From a virus, in IMG/VR virus record IMGVR_UViG_3300005573_000004, positions 85,962 through 149,961 of that record: a stretch of 64,000 bases of DNA; one strand, written 5' to 3'. The position numbers were made by a program, and so were the translations under genes. Every line of letters starts with the position of its first letter. Position 1 is the first letter of the stretch. Shown here piece by piece: positions 58,810-64,000 of the stretch. Under the pieces are notes generated by a model. It saw only the letters and a list, made by a program, of their open reading frames with translations, did no database searches and was not told the origin of the DNA.

Positions 58810-59685
58810 TTATTCTTTGGCTCCTGCTTCTTTTAACAATTCTACTGTTTCAATATTACTAGTCACCATTAAAGCAGTATATCCATTATTATTTTTAGCA
58901 TTAACATCTGCTCCTGCTTCTATTAACAGTTTTACTGTATCAGGATGTCCATTTCTACTAGCAAGCATTAAAGCCGTATCTCCATTTTTATTTTTAGTAT
59001 TAACATCTGCTCCAGCTTCTAATAATAACTTTACTATTTCAGTATAGCCTTTGTCACTAGCAAGTATTAACGCTGTTTCTCCAAGTTCATTTTTAGCATC
59101 AATATCGGCTCCTGATTCTATTAGTAACTTTACCGTTAACAATTTTACTGTTTCAACAATATAATCTCCTTCTTTACTTTCTTTACTTTCTTCATTATCT
59201 TTAATAGCAAGCATCAACGCCGTATTACCACTCCATTTATCTTTAGCATCAATATCGGCTCCTGATTCTAATAATAACTTTACTACTTCAGCATATCCAT
59301 AATAACTAGCCCACATCAACGCCGTATTACCCAGTTTATCTTCAGCATCAACCTCAGCTCCTGCTTCCAATAATAACTTTACTATTTCAGTATTACCGTT
59401 TTCACTAGCCCACATTAACGCCGTTTCTCCTTCCTTATTTTTAGTATTTACTTTAGCTCCTGCTTCCAATAATACTTTAACTACTTCGGTTCTACCATTA
59501 TAACTAGCCCACATCAATGCAGTATTTTTATCTTCATTTTCAGCATTTACATCTACTCCTGATTCTAATAATAACTTTACTACTCCAGTATGTCCATATT
59601 TACTAGCCAGTATCAACGCCACGCCACGTTTATTTTTAGTATTAGCCCCTGCTTTTTTTAATACTTCTAATAGCTTCTTAATCAT
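58810..59685 (-). CDS. Ankyrin-repeat protein 6 (signal core absent)
   Basis: MIKKLL joined directly to EVLKKAGA; ANK repeats. Confidence 0.95.
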   Translation of the reverse strand: MIKKLLEVLKKAGANTKNKRGVALILASKYGHTGVVKLLLESGVDVNAENEDKNTALMWASYNGRTEVVKVLLEAGAKVNTKNKEGETALMWASENGNTEIVKLLLEAGAEVDAEDKLGNTALMWASYYGYAEVVKLLLESGADIDAKDKWSGNTALMLAIKDNEESKESKEGDYIVETVKLLTVKLLIESGADIDAKNELGETALILASDKGYTEIVKLLLEAGADVNTKNKNGDTALMLASRNGHPDTVKLLIEAGADVNAKNNNGYTALMVTSNIETVELLKEAGAKE

Positions 59686-59714
59686 AGTTTATCACCTCCT
59701 TTTTTATTTTATAT

Positions 59715-60473
59715 TTATTCTTTGGCTCCTGCATCTTTCAAGAGGTCTACTATTTTAGTATAGCATCTTTCATCACCACCTTTTTCTTTAGCATAGTTTA
59801 AAGCTGTCTTTCCATCTTTATCTTTAGCATTAACCTCAGCTCCAGCCATCAATAACATCTCAACCATTTCAGTAAACCCATTTGCACTAGCATACATTAA
59901 AGCAGTTTTTCCGTCCTTATCTTTATCATTAACATTAGCCCCATCTACCAATAAAATCTCCACTGTTTCAGTCTTTCCATACACGCTTGCCCATATTAAA
60001 GCAGTATCTCCATAGTTATCTTTAGCATTAATATCTGCTCCCGCTGTAATTAATGATTCTACTACTTCATTATGTCCATTTTTACTCGCCCATATCAAAG
60101 CAGTATATCCATACTTATTTTGGGCATTAACATCTGCTCCAGCTTCAATTAATATCTTTACTATCCCACTATATCCATCTCTACTTGCCAACATTAAAGC
60201 CGTATTTCCATATAGCTTGTCCTTAGTATTAACATCTGCTCCAGTCATTAACAATTCTGCTACTTTTGTTGTATCATTTTTTTCAATCGCTCTTATAAGG
60301 AGCAATCCCTTTGATGCTACTTTTGTTTTTGTAGCAGTTTGAACAGTTTGGACAGTGGGATCACCCAATCCATCCAATCCATCCAATCCATCCAATCCAT
60401 CTGACTCATAACCTAATACCATACTTTGCAACCCAATTACCACTCCTAATAAAATTAATAACTTCTTAATCAT
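59715..60473 (-). CDS. Ankyrin-repeat protein 7 with signal peptide
   Basis: MIKKLLILLGVVIGLQSMVLG, (DGL)4 linker, ANK repeats. Confidence 0.95.
   Translation of the reverse strand: MIKKLLILLGVVIGLQSMVLGYESDGLDGLDGLDGLGDPTVQTVQTATKTKVASKGLLLIRAIEKNDTTKVAELLMTGADVNTKDKLYGNTALMLASRDGYSGIVKILIEAGADVNAQNKYGYTALIWASKNGHNEVVESLITAGADINAKDNYGDTALIWASVYGKTETVEILLVDGANVNDKDKDGKTALMYASANGFTEMVEMLLMAGAEVNAKDKDGKTALNYAKEKGGDERCYTKIVDLLKDAGAKE
60365..60401 (-). repeat. 9-bp tandem repeat (GATGGATTG)x4
   Basis: ccaatccat units on the + strand. Confidence 0.85.
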
Positions 60474-60504
60474 GGTTTATTACCTCCTTTTTTATTTTAG
60501 TAAG

Positions 60505-60533
60505 ATTTTACAAAATTTAATTTATTTTGTCAA
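60505..60533 (-). promoter_or_regulatory. Second identical copy of the cassette promoter
   Basis: TTGACA-17 nt-TAAAAT, same sequence as 58183-58211. Confidence 0.8.
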
Positions 60534-61359
60534 GAGTTATTTTAGTATTATTTTTAGCTCCAGCTTTCTTTAAGAGTTCTACTATTTTGGTATACTTATT
60601 GTTACTAGCCAATGTAAGAGCAGTATCTTTATTGTTATTTCTAGCATTTACATCAGCCCCCGCTTTAATTAGCAACTCTACTATTTCAATAATTCCATCT
60701 CTACTTGCCAACATTAAAGCCGTATTCCCGTCTTTATCTCTAGCATTAATATCAGCCATTGCTTCTTTTAAGAGTTCTGCTATCTCAGTATAGCCTTTTT
60801 CTTGAGCAATCATTAAAGCAGTCCACCCAGCTTTATCTTTAGCATTAACCTTAGCCCCAGCTTTAATTAACAACTCTACTATTTCAATATAGCCTTTTTC
60901 TTTGGCCATCGTAAAAGCAGTATCACCCCATTTATCCTTAGCATTAACATCCGCTCCCGCATTTATTAATAACTTTACTATTTCAGGATGATTATTTAAA
61001 ATTGCCAACATTAAAGCCGTACCTCCATTTTTATTTTCAGCATTAATATCCGCTCCTGCTTCTAATAACAACTCTACTATTTCAGTATTTCCAAATACAC
61101 TAGCCCATATTAGAGCAGTATTTCCATATAGTTTTTCCCTAGCATTAATATTTGCTCCGTTCTCTAATTCTTTTTGTATTTCATCCATATAACCCTCTTT
61201 AGCTGCTCTTATAAGACGCAAATCCTTTAATGCCATTTTCGTTTCCTTAGTAGTTTTGGCAGTCGGAGTCTTTGGAGAAGCACTTGATTTATAACCTAAT
61301 ACCATACTTTGCAACCCTATTACTACTACACCTAACCAAACTAATAACTTCTTAATCAT
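60517..61359 (-). CDS. Ankyrin-repeat protein 8 with signal peptide
   Basis: MIKKLLVWLGVVVIGLQSMVLG followed by ANK repeats. Confidence 0.95.
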   Translation of the reverse strand: MIKKLLVWLGVVVIGLQSMVLGYKSSASPKTPTAKTTKETKMALKDLRLIRAAKEGYMDEIQKELENGANINAREKLYGNTALIWASVFGNTEIVELLLEAGADINAENKNGGTALMLAILNNHPEIVKLLINAGADVNAKDKWGDTAFTMAKEKGYIEIVELLIKAGAKVNAKDKAGWTALMIAQEKGYTEIAELLKEAMADINARDKDGNTALMLASRDGIIEIVELLIKAGADVNARNNNKDTALTLASNNKYTKIVELLKKAGAKNNTKITLDKIN

Positions 61360-61464
61360 AGTTCCTGACCTCCTTCTTTAATAGTTTAATTTTTTTGAAA
61401 TACTTTTTTCTATTTAACAGATTTTTAAAATCGGTTTGTATAGTATCATATAGCACCTCCTTTT

Positions 61465-62514
61465 TTATTTTAGTAAGATACGTTTACGAACCTCTTTAGC
61501 TCCTGCATCTTTCAATGATTCTGCTATTTCAGTATACCCTCTTCCGTTAGCTAGCCTCAAAGCAGTATATCCATTTTTATTTTTAGCATTAATATCCGCT
61601 CCAGCATCTATTAACAACTCCACTATTTCAGTATTTCCAGCTTCACTAGCCTCTATTAAAGCAGTATCTCCATCTGTATTTTTAGCATTAATATCAGCTC
61701 CTGCCTCTATTAATAGTTTAACTATCTTATAGTAACCATATCTACTAGCATACATTAAAGCAGTATCTCCATCTTTATCTTTAGCATTAACATCAGCTCC
61801 TGCCTCTATTAATAGTTTAACTACTTCAGTATGTCTGTTTACACTAGCATACATTAAAGCAGTATCTCCATCTTTATCTTTAGCATTAACATCAGCTCCT
61901 GCCTCTATTAATAATTTTACTATTTCAGTATAGCTGTGCTTACTAGCATACATTAAAGCAGTATTTCCACTTTCATCTTTAGCATTAACCTTAGCCCCCA
62001 CTTTTATTAATAATTCTACTGTATCAATATGACCGTGATCACTAGCTTCTAGAAGAGCAGTATCTTTAGTGTTAATATCAGCTCCTGCTTTTAATAATAA
62101 CTCTACTATTTCAGTTTTACCATTTCTACTAGCCCATATTAAAGCAGTATCTCCCCATTTATCTGTAGCATTAATATCAGCTCCTGCTTCTATTAATAAT
62201 TTTACTACTTTAGGATGCCCATTAATACTAGCCATCATTAAAGCAGTATATCCATCTATATTGTCCTTAGCATTTACATTAGCTCTTGCTTCTATTAACA
62301 TCTTTACTATATCAGTATGTCCATTGTCACTAGCCCATATTAAAGCAGTATATCCATACATATCTTTAGTATTAACATTAGCTCCTATATTAATTAACGT
62401 CTTCACTACTTTAGTTCTACCGTATTTACTAGCAAATCTAATAGCAGGTCCTCCATAAATTATATACCACCCCATTACTACTACTCCTAACCAAACTAAT
62501 AACTTCTTAATCAT
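61465..62514 (-). CDS. Ankyrin-repeat protein 9 with signal/TM
   Basis: MIKKLLVWLGVVVMGWYIIYG followed by about 10 ANK repeats. Confidence 0.95.
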   Translation of the reverse strand: MIKKLLVWLGVVVMGWYIIYGGPAIRFASKYGRTKVVKTLINIGANVNTKDMYGYTALIWASDNGHTDIVKMLIEARANVNAKDNIDGYTALMMASINGHPKVVKLLIEAGADINATDKWGDTALIWASRNGKTEIVELLLKAGADINTKDTALLEASDHGHIDTVELLIKVGAKVNAKDESGNTALMYASKHSYTEIVKLLIEAGADVNAKDKDGDTALMYASVNRHTEVVKLLIEAGADVNAKDKDGDTALMYASRYGYYKIVKLLIEAGADINAKNTDGDTALIEASEAGNTEIVELLIDAGADINAKNKNGYTALRLANGRGYTEIAESLKDAGAKEVRKRILLK

Positions 62515-62814
62515 AGTTCTTTACCTCCTTCTTTAATAGTTTAATTTTAAAACCATTTTTCCAAAAATCTTTCCCTACCAAATTTCTTCCAGTTCCATAA
62601 CTAAACACCATCCTAACCTTTATTATACTACCCATACTAATCGTAGTATAATAAAACACCTACCATCATCCTATCTAAACTAACCTAACCAAACCGTTCT
62701 ATTCTACTACACTCTACTACTTCTTAATACTTACTAATCTAAAACTGCTTTATTTTATTACATTTTCCAATAGAACCTCCTTTCTATAGTATCTTTTATC
62801 ACTCCCCGGTTCCC

Positions 62815-62880
62815 CTTATTCCCCCTATTCTATTGCTTATTCCCCATATTCTATTGCTTATTCCCCCTATTCTATTGCTT
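62815..62880. repeat. 3 x 21-bp direct tandem repeat (CTTATTCCCC[C/A]TATTCTATTG)
   Basis: Units at 62815, 62836 and 62857. Confidence 0.9.
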
Positions 62881-62957
62881 CTGGTATAGCCCCCAAAAAT
62901 TCTACCTTCATCCACCCCGCCCCCGCTTCTACCGAACCTAATTCCTTAATTCCAGGG

Positions 62958-63052
62958 CTACTTAACTACCTAACTACTTAACTACCAAAACTACCAAAAC
63001 TACCTAACTACCTAACTACCAGGGCTACCAGGGGCTACTAAAACCTACTTAA
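62958..63052. repeat. Degenerate 8-9-bp CTAC(C/T)(T/A)AA tandem repeat
   Basis: ctacttaa ctacctaa ctacttaa ctaccaaaa ... about 11 units. Confidence 0.85.
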
Positions 63053-63209
63053 TTCCCCCCTAGTTACCCCTCCAGATACCCCCCTAGTTGCTACTAAGGT
63101 AGAACGGAGAGCAAGGAAGCAGGCAAAGAACTTTTCTTAATGGGAAATAGTTGAAGGCTTCCTTGCTCCTGCAAACTATTTATAGGATTTTTAGAACCCT
63201 CTACTTTTA

Positions 63210-63836
63210 TTATTTGGCTCCAGCTTCTTTCAAGAGTTCTACTATTTTAGTATATCCGTTTTTACTAGCCAGCGCCAAAGCAGTATATCCATCATTATTT
63301 TTAGTATTTACATCAGCTCCTGCTTCTAATAATAGCTTTACTATTTCAGTATATCCGTATTTACTAGCCCCCACCAAAGCAGTATTTCCATATCTATTCT
63401 TAATATTTACATTAGCTCCTGCTTCTTTCAAGAGTTCTACTATTTTAGGATATCCGCTTGCACTAGCTATCATTAAAGCAGTATTTCCATATCTATTCTT
63501 AATATTTACATTAGCTCCTGCTTCTAATAATAGCTTTACTATTTCAGTATAGCCGTAAAGACTAGCTATCATTAAAGCAGTAGTTCCATATAACTTTTCT
63601 TGAGCATTAATATTAGCTCCGGCCATTAACCACATTTTTACTCCTAATATATCATTCTTTTCAGCTGCTTCTATAAGGAACAATTCCTTATTTTTAATGT
63701 TATGAAGTTGTGCAATATGTTTTACCGCCAGTACCATGTTCGTTTCTGGAAGCGGATTCTCTCCCCCATAAAAACCTAATACTATACTTTGCAATCCAAT
63801 TACTACTCCTAACAAAACTAATAGTTTTTTAAACAT
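63210..63836 (-). CDS. Ankyrin-repeat protein 10 with signal peptide
   Basis: MFKKLLVLLGVVIGLQSIVLG followed by ANK repeats, including an exact internal duplication at 99-nt spacing. Confidence 0.95.
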   Translation of the reverse strand: MFKKLLVLLGVVIGLQSIVLGFYGGENPLPETNMVLAVKHIAQLHNIKNKELFLIEAAEKNDILGVKMWLMAGANINAQEKLYGTTALMIASLYGYTEIVKLLLEAGANVNIKNRYGNTALMIASASGYPKIVELLKEAGANVNIKNRYGNTALVGASKYGYTEIVKLLLEAGADVNTKNNDGYTALALASKNGYTKIVELLKEAGAK

Positions 63837-64000
63837 AATTTGTTACCTCCTTTTTAAAATATAGGGGTGGGTAGTTTTATATTACCTCCCCTGATTTACT
63901 CAAAACTAACGAGAGGCGTTAAAAGGAACCCTCCATTTTCAAGTCGGCCTTTTCTTTTGAAGCCTATGAGGGCTTTTCTTGGCACGTTTGGTAGGTTTGG

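Noticed and set aside
62815-63052. CRISPR array
   Set aside because: Repeats are contiguous with no unique spacers; no cas genes.
55943-63552. Multiple + strand ORFs over the ankyrin genes (e.g. 58239-58862, 62069-62458, 63151-63552)
   Set aside because: Antisense shadows of repetitive ANK codons; no RBS; the - strand genes have clear RBSs and domains.
55390-63836. Diversity-generating retroelement driving ankyrin (or 26203-26916 paralogue) variation
   Set aside because: No reverse transcriptase in the window, and differences are not confined to adenines of a template repeat.
1-64000. Alternative genetic code (stop reassignment)
   Set aside because: Genes are long and densely packed under the standard code, and TAA, TAG and TGA all terminate genes directly before the next RBS.

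Overview
AT-rich fragment of a large contractile-tailed (myovirus-like) dsDNA phage genome with two convergent halves. The + strand (1-47800) is a near-complete morphogenesis region: a 5'-truncated CCA-adding enzyme, GpA-type large terminase, intein-containing portal, scaffold, decoration protein, HK97-type major capsid protein, prohead protease, neck proteins, sheath, tube, frameshifted tail chaperone, tape measure and baseplate. It is interspersed with non-structural-looking ORFs, many of which share an N-terminal 'MSF(I/V)NFK(K/R)' leader usually ending in a K/R-x-(A/S/G) motif, a candidate capsid-targeting and maturation-cleavage signal. The - strand (47857-63836) looks like an early/accessory region: a region-2-only sigma-like gene, a TnpA-less IS200/IS605 tnpB element, an FtsK ATPase plus membrane-protein operon, an ATP-dependent DNA ligase whose start is supplied by a 266-bp internally deleted IS605-type element, and ten near-consensus ankyrin-repeat genes built from shared modules, five with signal/TM leaders. 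All assignments come from motifs and gene order read by eye; no database searches were run. No tRNA, rRNA or CRISPR array was seen.
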